From assembly GCA_963699255.1 (NCBI GenBank), contig OY969425.1, positions 990,001 through 1,022,000 on the forward strand: 32,000 nucleotides of DNA. The letters are read 5' to 3'. The translations under genes were made by a program, and so were the position numbers. This document shows positions 1-8,145 of the stretch, piece after piece. Numbering within the stretch: position 1 is the stretch's first letter; each line of letters opens with the position of its first letter. This DNA comes from an uncultured bacterium (GTDB taxonomy: Bacteria; Margulisbacteria; WOR-1; CAVSGV01). The notes below the pieces were generated by a model. It was not told the DNA's origin. It saw only the letters and a program-made list of their open reading frames with translations, and searched no databases.

Positions 1-48
1 GTGTATCTATTGAAACATTTATATCGAATTTCTAAGGAGCTCACACAG

Positions 49-612
49 ATGCTTGGATTTGCTCAGCATGACACACAATGTCGCTCTGAACGAAGTGAAG
101 GATCTGCCTTGAAGGAAAGTCTGCGGCGTTCTGCAGGGTTCACCTTAGTGGAATCCGTTTTAGTGCTGGCTATGCTCGGTTTTTTGATGGTCGTGATCTT
201 TTACGCCTTCACGGCCTCCATGCGCATCTTCACGAGTGAGATGTCCGAAGCCGATACATCCCTGGAAACGCACAGGGCCATGGAGCGGATGACAAAAGAG
301 CTGAGGGGCGCCCTTCAGATAGTTTCGGCGGAGGCTTCAAGCATAACCTTCTGGTATAACGATCTAAATGGTGATGGAACAATGGAAGCGAATGAAACCG
401 TAACATATTCCTGGACAGGAGCATCTCCGGGATACATAAACAGGACTGTGCAAACTTCGACACAGGAGGTCTCGTCCGGGATCATGAACTTTTCTCTTAC
501 ATATAATGACCCGGACCCGTCCAATATCAACTTCATCACCATATTTATGGCCGCTCAGAATGGCTCTACCATGAGCACGCTCGAATCCAGTGTGGACTGC
601 AGAAATTTATGA
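49..612 (+). CDS. minor pseudopilin with a prepilin-type N-terminal cleavage/methylation domain (GspJ/PilW-like)
   Basis: Class III signal motif RRSAG|FTLVESVLVLAMLGFLMVV, followed by a small beta-rich domain. The start is ambiguous. ATG 49 has AAGGAG at 33-38. TTG 109 has AAGGA at 98-102 and gives a typical short leader, MKESLRRSAG. The frame is also open back to base 1. Confidence 0.75.
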   Translation: MLGFAQHDTQCRSERSEGSALKESLRRSAGFTLVESVLVLAMLGFLMVVIFYAFTASMRIFTSEMSEADTSLETHRAMERMTKELRGALQIVSAEASSITFWYNDLNGDGTMEANETVTYSWTGASPGYINRTVQTSTQEVSSGIMNFSLTYNDPDPSNINFITIFMAAQNGSTMSTLESSVDCRNL

Positions 613-624
613 TATAATCAGGTT

Positions 625-2241
625 GTGCCGGGAAATAATATAGTTATTGGACTGGACATAGACGGAAAATCTGTCAAGTTCGCAAAGCTTAAGAAAACTG
701 ACAGCGAAACGACCCTTTTAAAATACGCCGTCCGCGAAGTTCCCCCATCAGAAGATAAGATCAAAGCGGTCTCAGACATCCTTAAAGACCTGTTCAAGGG
801 CGAAAGACAGGACACCGAAGTTTACACCTGCGCGTTCGGGACAAATGTTAGCTTAAAACGCCTGACCATCCCCGTGATGCCGGATGAAGAGATAAGGGAA
901 GCCCTGCAGTGGGAAGCCAAAAACCTGGTCCCCTTCCCTATCGAGAATTCCACATTGGATTTCTACAAGATAGGCAAGATATCCGACAAGGCTGTGGAAA
1001 AGTATGACGTCATGTTCGCCGTCGCCGGTGAGGAATTGCTCAGCTTCCTGACCTCCGTCTCAAAAGAATCCGGGATCCGATTTTCAGGGATATCGCTTAT
1101 CCCTCTTGCGCTAAGCGCGCTCCTGCTCCACAACAAAAAGTTCGATAAAGATAAGATCAATGCCATCATAGATATCGGGGCCGAAGCTGCCAGCATAAAC
1201 CTTTTCAAAGGCGATGTGCTTAACTTCACAAGGGTGATAACCGTTGCAGGCGACTCCCTCACAAAAGCCATGACAGGGCTCCTTGTGGCTGACCGATGGC
1301 AGCTGAATCTGACCTATGAACAAGCCGAGGAAATAAAGAAAAAATACGGCATACCAAAAAAAGACACGACCGAGGTCACGGACAGCGGGATACCGCTGGT
1401 CCACATCTACGAGATGATGGCTCCAACACTGCGCAGGCTCCAGAACGAGATCCTAAGATCTTTCGATTATTATAAAGAGGAATTCAGGGAGGAAAAGATC
1501 GACAGAATATTCCTTACAGGCGGCACCTCACACCTGATCAATCTGGAAGAATTCCTCTCCAACGCGCTCGGAATAAAGGTAGAGACCTTAAATCCCTTTG
1601 AAAACCTGAAAATAGACCCATCATCAGGAATAGCCCCCGCAGCATTAAAAGAAGCGTCGCCAAGGCTTGCCCTTGCTGCAGGTCTTGCCCTGGAACAAAG
1701 CGAAAAAATAAATTTCCAGAGGAAAATGGAAAAGTCGCGAAAGCTGATAGGCCTGGAAGGGATGTTCGGCAAGATCAAATTAAAGATCCCGGTACAGATC
1801 CCGGTAAATCTTTTCGCCTATGGTTTAGTGGCGTTATTGATCCTTGCTTTCTCATATAACTTTTACCTGACAAGACTTAGGGATCACTACAAAAAAGAGA
1901 TCGCGTCAAAACAAGCCATTCTAACGGATGTTAAGACCCTTATTGACAAAAGAACGATCCTTGAACAGATCTCAAAGGAAGAAACCCACATAAGAGAAAC
2001 CCTGTCGCAAATGACGCGGGTGCTGCCCGCGGGCATAACCCTGACGGACCTTACATACGATAACTCGCAGCGCCAGATATGGCTGGCAGGCGCCGCCAGT
2101 GACACAAATGCGGTCGGCAGACTGCTGAAGAACTTTGAGGATTCTCCGAACTTCAAAAAAGCGGTGCTGATAGAAGCGCGCAAAGGGGCGTTTGAAGGCG
2201 TCCAAAAGGTCATTTTTAAGATTACTTTTAACCTGACTTGA
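625..2241 (+). CDS. pilM: type IV pilus assembly protein, PilM-PilN fusion
   Basis: The N-terminal ~350 aa look like an actin-like ATPase fold of PilM type (VIGLDIDGKSVKFAKL, IIDIGAEAASINLF, IFLTGGTSHL). A TM helix (LFAYGLVALLILAFSYNFYL) follows, then a PilN-like coiled-coil tail. GTG start at 625, 13 nt after the upstream stop. Confidence 0.8.
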   Translation: MPGNNIVIGLDIDGKSVKFAKLKKTDSETTLLKYAVREVPPSEDKIKAVSDILKDLFKGERQDTEVYTCAFGTNVSLKRLTIPVMPDEEIREALQWEAKNLVPFPIENSTLDFYKIGKISDKAVEKYDVMFAVAGEELLSFLTSVSKESGIRFSGISLIPLALSALLLHNKKFDKDKINAIIDIGAEAASINLFKGDVLNFTRVITVAGDSLTKAMTGLLVADRWQLNLTYEQAEEIKKKYGIPKKDTTEVTDSGIPLVHIYEMMAPTLRRLQNEILRSFDYYKEEFREEKIDRIFLTGGTSHLINLEEFLSNALGIKVETLNPFENLKIDPSSGIAPAALKEASPRLALAAGLALEQSEKINFQRKMEKSRKLIGLEGMFGKIKLKIPVQIPVNLFAYGLVALLILAFSYNFYLTRLRDHYKKEIASKQAILTDVKTLIDKRTILEQISKEETHIRETLSQMTRVLPAGITLTDLTYDNSQRQIWLAGAASDTNAVGRLLKNFEDSPNFKKAVLIEARKGAFEGVQKVIFKITFNLT

Positions 2242-2258
2242 AAATAGAAATTGAAGAC

Positions 2259-2307
2259 CCGAGACTAAAGTCTCGGATAAGTTAACCGCGACTTCAGTCG
2301 CAAGGTT
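2259..2307. repeat. pair of short palindromic elements (C: CCGAGACT-AA-AGTCTCGG; A: AACCGCGACT-TC-AGTCGCAAGGTT)
   Basis: Read directly from the sequence: 2259-2276 is a perfect 8+8 dyad, and 2284-2307 is a dyad with a 2-nt bulge. Located between pilMN and pilO. Confidence 0.75.
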
Positions 2308-2320
2308 TAGGAAAAATAAT

Positions 2321-3139
2321 ATGCAGGAATTCTCATCTAAATGGCAGAATTTAATAGTGTGGACACTGGCGGTCCTCCTTCTGCTCTACGGCGCATACCA
2401 TTATCTTTATCAACCCAAGCTGAAGGAGATCGAAACCCTGAAAAGCTCGCTGAAAATGATCGACAACGAAATAATGATGATAGAAGGCGGCGACCTTTTG
2501 CTCAAGGACCTGAACGCGGCCAAAGTCATGCTGAAGAAAGAACTGGAAGAGCTTTCAGTAAAGATCCCTTCGGAGGTGGACACCCCCTATCTGATAAATA
2601 ACTTCATCTCTGTTGTTGGCAAAGGATTGAATATAGATTATAATCTTATCCAGCCTTCGGGTCTTGAGGATGAGCAGAAATATAAAAGACTTCCTCTTAA
2701 AGTTGAATTTGAGGGGGATTACTCTGGCCTGAATTCGTATCTGGCACAGTTAAAGAAGTTGCCGGTCACAATAAGAGTGGATTCCATGGAGCTTCGCAAG
2801 GTATCCGGGACCAACAAGCTTACCGTAAGCATGATGCTTTCTGCGTTCGTAATGCCCGGGGGACCCGAAAAACCGCCGGGAACAGTAAGAGGGTATTCTT
2901 ACATGTTCGATCCTTTTTACGTGGGAAGCGGGAAGGCAAAACAACAAAAGCCTGAAGGAATTCAAGGTTTGCAGTACTCCGGCTACTTTAAGGGCAGGGA
3001 AATAAAGGCCATTATTAACGATGAGCCCCTTCAGGCCGGGGAAAGCATACAGGGGTTCAGGATATTGAAAATTTACAAGGACAGGGTTATCCTTATTAAG
3101 GACAAAAAGTCGTATGTGCTTACTCTTGAGGGAAAATAA
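2321..3139 (+). CDS. pilO: type IV pilus assembly protein PilO with a C-terminal PilP-like beta domain
   Basis: N-terminal TM helix (LIVWTLAVLLLLYGAY), a coiled coil and a PilO-like core (LPLKVEFEGDYSGLNSYLAQLKKLP..IRVDSMEL). The tail KAIINDEPLQAGESIQGFRILKIYKDRVILI resembles PilP/GspC-type domains. RBS AGGAAAA lies before ATG 2321. The stop overlaps the pilQ start as TAAATG. Confidence 0.65.
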   Translation: MQEFSSKWQNLIVWTLAVLLLLYGAYHYLYQPKLKEIETLKSSLKMIDNEIMMIEGGDLLLKDLNAAKVMLKKELEELSVKIPSEVDTPYLINNFISVVGKGLNIDYNLIQPSGLEDEQKYKRLPLKVEFEGDYSGLNSYLAQLKKLPVTIRVDSMELRKVSGTNKLTVSMMLSAFVMPGGPEKPPGTVRGYSYMFDPFYVGSGKAKQQKPEGIQGLQYSGYFKGREIKAIINDEPLQAGESIQGFRILKIYKDRVILIKDKKSYVLTLEGK

Positions 3140-4963
3140 ATGAGATACATTTCGGAAACAATGAACCTGCGACTAAACCCCAACCAGGGTGTTGGGGTAA
3201 ACGTCGCGGTTCCTTTTAGTGAACGTAAATCGCTCAGATTTTGGAACCGAGAAGTTTATTCTCAGGTTCCAAAAATTATTTGTTTATTGATCGTTTTGAC
3301 CGCGGCATCTGCCGCCTTTCCGGCATCATCACACAGCATCCCGAACCAGACCGCGAACATATCCGCAACAAGAGCTGAGGCTTATTTCGCGCAGGGATAT
3401 CTTTACTTCCTGGAGAAAAGTTATAATGAAGCCATACCGGAATTCGTTAAAGCGCTCCAGCTTGTGCCCGATATGGTTAAAGCTCGTTACTGGATGGCAA
3501 AGACTTATTACCAGTTAGGGCGGTACAAGAACGTCGTAAATCAATGCTCCGCGGCTTTATCTGTCGCCCCGAAATATAAGAACGCGAGATCCCTTCTGCT
3601 TCGCGCGCAGACAATGCTTGATACCGAAAAGGCACCACGGACAAAGGCGGTCAGGGCAAGGAAAAGAACAGGGATAAGAAGAACCATAACAAGAAGGACT
3701 GAAACAAGAAGAACTGAAACAAGCACGGCCACGGTAAACAGCAACTCACAACACACGATCTCCCTGGATCTAAGGAACGTGGACATAAGTTCGGTGCTTC
3801 AGATCCTCTCAAGGGAAACAGGTATCAGCATAATTGCCGGCTCCGACGTATACGGAAAAGTAACGGCCATATTGAACAATGTTCCGCCCCAGGAAGCTCT
3901 TGATACCATACTTAAATCCAACGGCTATACATACACGAGGCAGGGCGACATCGTTCAGGTGTTCTCTTCATCCGAGCCCGCAAGAGTGGAAGAGCTTCCC
4001 GGAGGTGTATTTGTAAGGACGTTCATTATCAATTATGTGGGTCCCGACGAGCTTCTCTCGACCCTGACAAAGCTTATGCCCGAGGATACCAGCATATACA
4101 CAACAAAAGGAAGCAAGACCGTGGTCGTAAAAGGATCCGCCAATGATATCAGGAGAGCGGAAGTCCTGATAAGGAACCTGGACATTCCCCCCCGTCAGGT
4201 AATGGTTGAGGCCAAGATAATCGAGGTGGACCTGAACGAAACTCAAACCTTGGGAATGAACAACTCCTGGACCAATCCGGACAACGCCACTCAGAACCTT
4301 CAAACAACTGGACTTGCGAATCCGCCGACCGCCACCGGAGCAACAGGGCTTTATTACTCGATCACGGACCAGAACATCACATCCCTTGTTGAAGCGCTCT
4401 CAACCAGAACAGGCTTCAACATACTTTCCAGCCCGAAGGTCATGGCCCTGAACGAACAGAAAGCAGAAATAATGACCGGCTCGCAGCTTGGTTACTACGT
4501 AAATACCGTCACGACCACCGGACTTGTGCAGAACGTTGAGTTCATGGATGTCGGCACAAAACTGGACATAACGCCATCGGTAAAGAGCGACGGCATGATC
4601 GTAATGGACATTCACCCCGAAATATCTGACGGTTCGATCGTGAACAATCTCCCTCAAAAGAATTCAACGGAAACAACGACCCAGCTTATAGTGAAGGACG
4701 GGCAGACCATAATAATCGGCGGGCTGGTAAGGGACACTCAACAAAAAGAGGTCCACGGAGTCCCTGTTCTTATGGACATACCGGTTCTTGGAGCCTTTCT
4801 TAAAAGGACGGAATATACTTCCGAGAAAAAGGAGATCATAGTGCTGATGACCCCCCACATAGTGAATTCGAAATATATAGAAGAAATGGAAAGTAAAGCC
4901 TCGGACATGGAAAAACAAAGAAGGGATATCACCCCCTCAATGCCTCTCGACCTTGTAAGGTAA
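3140..4963 (+). CDS. pilQ: type IV pilus / T2SS secretin (PilQ family) with N-terminal TPR repeats and an R/T-rich linker
   Basis: Secretin C-terminal signature GVPVLMDIPVLGAFLKRTEYTSEKKEIIVLMTPHIV. N0/N1-like repeats (ISLDLRNVDISSVLQILSRETGISII). A TPR-like segment (AEAYFAQGYLYFLEKSYNEAIPEFVKALQLVPDMVKARYWMAKTYYQLGRY). Signal-like helix KIICLLIVLTAASAAF. ATG 3140 is translationally coupled (TAAATG). Codons 9-24 are a palindromic repeat insertion. Confidence 0.88.
   Translation: MRYISETMNLRLNPNQGVGVNVAVPFSERKSLRFWNREVYSQVPKIICLLIVLTAASAAFPASSHSIPNQTANISATRAEAYFAQGYLYFLEKSYNEAIPEFVKALQLVPDMVKARYWMAKTYYQLGRYKNVVNQCSAALSVAPKYKNARSLLLRAQTMLDTEKAPRTKAVRARKRTGIRRTITRRTETRRTETSTATVNSNSQHTISLDLRNVDISSVLQILSRETGISIIAGSDVYGKVTAILNNVPPQEALDTILKSNGYTYTRQGDIVQVFSSSEPARVEELPGGVFVRTFIINYVGPDELLSTLTKLMPEDTSIYTTKGSKTVVVKGSANDIRRAEVLIRNLDIPPRQVMVEAKIIEVDLNETQTLGMNNSWTNPDNATQNLQTTGLANPPTATGATGLYYSITDQNITSLVEALSTRTGFNILSSPKVMALNEQKAEIMTGSQLGYYVNTVTTTGLVQNVEFMDVGTKLDITPSVKSDGMIVMDIHPEISDGSIVNNLPQKNSTETTTQLIVKDGQTIIIGGLVRDTQQKEVHGVPVLMDIPVLGAFLKRTEYTSEKKEIIVLMTPHIVNSKYIEEMESKASDMEKQRRDITPSMPLDLVR
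3164..3211. repeat. nested palindromes: element A arms (AACCTGCGAC / GTCGCGGTT) enclosing element B (ACCCCAAC-N6-GTTGGGGT)
   Basis: 3164-3173 pairs with 3203-3211, and 3177-3184 pairs with 3191-3198. The whole element is 48 nt and lies inside the 5' end of the pilQ ORF. Confidence 0.75.
3676..3720 (+). repeat. three imperfect tandem 15-bp units inside pilQ encoding (K)RRT(I/E)T repeats
   Basis: The units are aagaagaaccataac, aagaaggactgaaac and aagaagaactgaaac. They translate to RRTITRRTETRRTET. Confidence 0.7.
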
Positions 4964-5656
4964 TCTGGGAACGGATTCAAGAAGCAGCTTCGTATAAGGA
5001 TGCTTCGGATTCGAGTATAGCTCTTCAACCCCGCCAGTCTCTATTATCCGGCCGTTCTTCATGACCGCCAGCACGCCGCACATGAATTTAACGACTGACA
5101 GGTCATGGGCGATAATAAGGAAGGTCAAAGCGAATTGAGCCTTCAGCTTCTTTAAAAGTTTCAATATCTCAAGCTGTACGGTCATATCAAGCGAGGAAAC
5201 CGGCTCATCAAGAACGATGAATTTAGGCCTGATGCTCATGGCGCGCGCGATGCAGAGCCTCTGCCTCTCCCCTCCCGAGAGCTCGTGCGGATATCTATCC
5301 GCGTAGCTTTCATCAAGGTCCACTTCGCGCAGGATCTCACTGATGTCCCTGGTTATCCCGTGAATTTTAAGCGGTTCCGCAAGGGCCTCCCCCACCTTCA
5401 TCCTGGGATCGAGCGACGTATACGGGTTCTGGAATACGATCTGATAGTCCTTCCTTGAGAAGCCCGGAGAATATGTAACTTCTCCCGAAGAAGCGGATAT
5501 CAGCTTCAGTATGATCCTCGCGAGCGTCGTCTTGCCCGATCCCGATTCCCCGACAAGCCCGAAAGATCCGCCCTCGTCGATCGAAAAGCTCACGCTATCG
5601 AGCGCTTTTAATCCGCCAAAAAGTTTTGAAATATTATTTACTTCCACTGATCTCAA
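4937..5656 (-). CDS. oppF: peptide ABC transporter ATP-binding protein (OppF/DppF-like)
   Basis: Walker A GESGSGKTT, ABC signature LSGGERQR, Walker B FIVLDEP. The TTG start overlaps the oppD stop (TTGA). Confidence 0.9.
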   Translation of the reverse strand: MRSVEVNNISKLFGGLKALDSVSFSIDEGGSFGLVGESGSGKTTLARIILKLISASSGEVTYSPGFSRKDYQIVFQNPYTSLDPRMKVGEALAEPLKIHGITRDISEILREVDLDESYADRYPHELSGGERQRLCIARAMSIRPKFIVLDEPVSSLDMTVQLEILKLLKKLKAQFALTFLIIAHDLSVVKFMCGVLAVMKNGRIIETGGVEELYSNPKHPYTKLLLESVPRLPYKVERH

Positions 5657-6438
5657 GGGTTCATCTCCCTGTAAGAGCTCACGAGCTTAGCCGTATAGGC
5701 GTCCTTCGGGACGGCGATGATATCGCTGGAGCTCCCCTCTTCCACGATCCGGCCGTTCTGCATCACGTATATCCTGCCGCAAAGCATGGAGACAAGCGCT
5801 ATGTTGTGAGAGATGAAAAGCATGGTCGTCTTAAGCTCCCGCAAAAGATCCAATATGTTCTTCTGCATCGTCACATCAAGGGCCGTTGTCGGTTCATCTG
5901 CAATAAGAAGGTCCGGAGAAAGCGCGTAAGCCATAGCCACCGCGACCCTCTGCTTCATCCCGCCGCTGAACTGGTGCGGATAGTCGTTCGCCCGCTGATG
6001 CGGGTCCTTTATGTGTACCAGGTCCAGAAGTTCAACCGCCCTGTCCCAGGCCTGCTTCCTTGGAAGCCCCTGATGGATCCTGAACACCTCCGCTATCTGC
6101 TCTCCTATCTTGAATACCGGGTTCAGTGAGGAGAACGGGTCCTGGAACACCATTGAGATATCCCCGCCCCTTATTTCCTGCATCTCCGCTTCGGAAAGAT
6201 TCAGCAGGTTCCTGCCTTTCCATTTGATCTCGCCATATATCTTTCCCGGCGGGTCGATCAACCTGAGTATCGCGAGCGCCAGCGAAGATTTGCCGCAGCC
6301 CGATTCCCCCACAAGCCCCACGATCTCGCCTTTTTGAATGTAAAGACTCGCGTTCTCAACGGCTTTTTTGATATCATCCTTGTAGCCGTAGTGAACGGAA
6401 AGTTTTTGTATGTCCAGCAGCCTGTCTTCCGTGTTCAT
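5653..6438 (-). CDS. oppD: peptide ABC transporter ATP-binding protein (OppD/DppD-like)
   Basis: Walker A GESGCGKSS, signature FSGGMKQR, Walker B LLIADEPTTALD. The ATG overlaps the oppC stop (ATGA). Confidence 0.9.
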   Translation of the reverse strand: MNTEDRLLDIQKLSVHYGYKDDIKKAVENASLYIQKGEIVGLVGESGCGKSSLALAILRLIDPPGKIYGEIKWKGRNLLNLSEAEMQEIRGGDISMVFQDPFSSLNPVFKIGEQIAEVFRIHQGLPRKQAWDRAVELLDLVHIKDPHQRANDYPHQFSGGMKQRVAVAMAYALSPDLLIADEPTTALDVTMQKNILDLLRELKTTMLFISHNIALVSMLCGRIYVMQNGRIVEEGSSSDIIAVPKDAYTAKLVSSYREMNP

Positions 6439-7238
6439 TCCTTTGGATTCAACTCCTCCCTTAAAGCTTCACCGACAAAGTAAAGAGAAAGCACCGCAAG
6501 AACTATCACAAGCCCGGGAATGACCGCCATCCACGGAGCATCCAGAAGATAAGACTGAGAATCCATCAGCATGTTCCCCCAGCTCGGCATGGGAGGCTGC
6601 ACTCCGAGGCCGAGAAAGCTCAAGGCTGATTCGGTAAGTATCGCTCCGGCCGCCCCCAGAGTGCCGGCCACAATAACAGGAGGCAGAGCATTGGGAAGGA
6701 TGTGCCTGAATATGATCCTGAGATCGCTGCAGCCTATCGCCCTAGCCGCTTCCACGAATTCGCGCTCCTTTATGGCCAGGAACTCCCCTCTTACAAGCCG
6801 CGCTATACCCATCCAGGAAGTCGCGCCGATCACGATCATCACGTTGAATATGCTGGGCGTCAGGACCGACTGTATCGCTAGTATCAGAAAAATGGTCGGA
6901 AAGGAGAGCATGATATCCGTAAAACGCATAATCACTTCATCAAGTATCCCGCCGTAATAGCCGGATACGCACCCGAACAGGATCCCGATCGTCAAGGAAA
7001 CGGAAACAGCTATCAGAGCGACCGAAAGGGATACTCTTCCCCCATATAAAAGGCGGCTGAAAATATCGCGCCCAAGATCATCTGTCCCGAATATGTGCCT
7101 CACCGAAGGCGCGGCGATATGGTCTTCCAGTATATCGTTCGGATCATACGGGGCAATAACAGGAGCGAACACCGCCAGAAAGAACAGAGCTGACAGTATT
7201 ATCAGTCCGAATAATGCGAGCTTATTTTTTTTCAGCAT
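6435..7238 (-). CDS. oppC: peptide ABC transporter permease (OppC/DppC-like)
   Basis: Multi-TM protein with the EAA-type loop FVEAARAIGCSDLRIIFRHILPN. I prefer ATG 7238 (MLKKNKLALFG). The ORF track extends to TTG 7259. Confidence 0.88.
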   Translation of the reverse strand: MLKKNKLALFGLIILSALFFLAVFAPVIAPYDPNDILEDHIAAPSVRHIFGTDDLGRDIFSRLLYGGRVSLSVALIAVSVSLTIGILFGCVSGYYGGILDEVIMRFTDIMLSFPTIFLILAIQSVLTPSIFNVMIVIGATSWMGIARLVRGEFLAIKEREFVEAARAIGCSDLRIIFRHILPNALPPVIVAGTLGAAGAILTESALSFLGLGVQPPMPSWGNMLMDSQSYLLDAPWMAVIPGLVIVLAVLSLYFVGEALREELNPKE

Positions 7239-8136
7239 ATCTGATCCTCGGGTCAACAACAGCGTACCCTATATCGGCCAAAAGGTTGCACAGGACTATC
7301 AAGACGGCGGTGAACAGGGTTATCCCCATGATAACAGGGTAATTCCTTGAAAATACGGCGGAAACGCCCAGCCGTCCCATTCCCGGCCATGCGAATATCG
7401 TCTCGATGATGAACGCGCCGCCGAAAAGGTCGGGAACCGAAAGACCGAGCAGCGTGACTATGGGTATGAGCGAATTCCTCAGCGCGTGCTTGAAAATGAC
7501 TATGTTCTCCGGGAGCCCTTTCGCCCTGGCGACCTTAATGTATTCCTGTCCGAGCACTTCCAGCATGCTCGCCCTCTGGTACCTTGTTATTCCGGCAAGT
7601 CCCGAAATAACCATCACCGCACATGGAAGGGCCAGATGGCCGAAAGGCGGGACCCATTCGAGCTTGAGAGAGAAAACAAGCATGAATATAAGGGCCAGCC
7701 AGAAGGACGGCATGGACATGAAGACGAATGATATGACGGTAAAAAGATTATCGAAGACAGATCCTTTTTTTACGGCCGATATGACGCCGACAGGTATGGA
7801 GATAAGGAGGATCAAAATGAACGAAAGGCCCGTTAACAGTAGCGTCGCGGGAAGTCTCTCGAATATCTCCTCGGCAACAGGTTTGCCGGAAATGTATGAA
7901 TATCCAAAATTCAGGACCGCGGCGTTCTTAAGCCACATGACATACTGGACGGCTACGGGCTTATCGAGTCCCCAGTTCGAACGGATCCTGGCGAGTTCCT
8001 CCGGCTTCACGTTCGGGTCCGTGAAAAGTGATGTCGGATCCCCGGGAGCAAGATGCATCACAAAAAAAGTTATTAGGGTAATCCCTATTAACAAAGGTAT
8101 TAGCTGTATTAATCTTCTTACTATATATTTTTTCAT
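7222..8136 (-). CDS. oppB: peptide ABC transporter permease (OppB/DppB-like)
   Basis: Typical OppB N-terminus MKKYIVRRLIQLIPLLIGITLITFFVMHLAPGDP and loop YIKVARAKGLPENIVIFKHALRNSL. Confidence 0.9.
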   Translation of the reverse strand: MKKYIVRRLIQLIPLLIGITLITFFVMHLAPGDPTSLFTDPNVKPEELARIRSNWGLDKPVAVQYVMWLKNAAVLNFGYSYISGKPVAEEIFERLPATLLLTGLSFILILLISIPVGVISAVKKGSVFDNLFTVISFVFMSMPSFWLALIFMLVFSLKLEWVPPFGHLALPCAVMVISGLAGITRYQRASMLEVLGQEYIKVARAKGLPENIVIFKHALRNSLIPIVTLLGLSVPDLFGGAFIIETIFAWPGMGRLGVSAVFSRNYPVIMGITLFTAVLIVLCNLLADIGYAVVDPRIRYAEKK

Positions 8137-8145
8137 ATAATTTCA

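Noticed and set aside
7406-8140. Long antisense ORFs in the track (also 5626-6129, 6571-6957, 9019-9540, 13918-14451, 16093-16656, 18121-18762, 19210-19689, 21978-22454, 23431-23919 and 28198-28857)
   Set aside because: Each lies wholly opposite a gene with clear family motifs. Each has a biased, low-complexity or Arg/Ser/Pro-rich composition typical of shadow ORFs, and none has an RBS.
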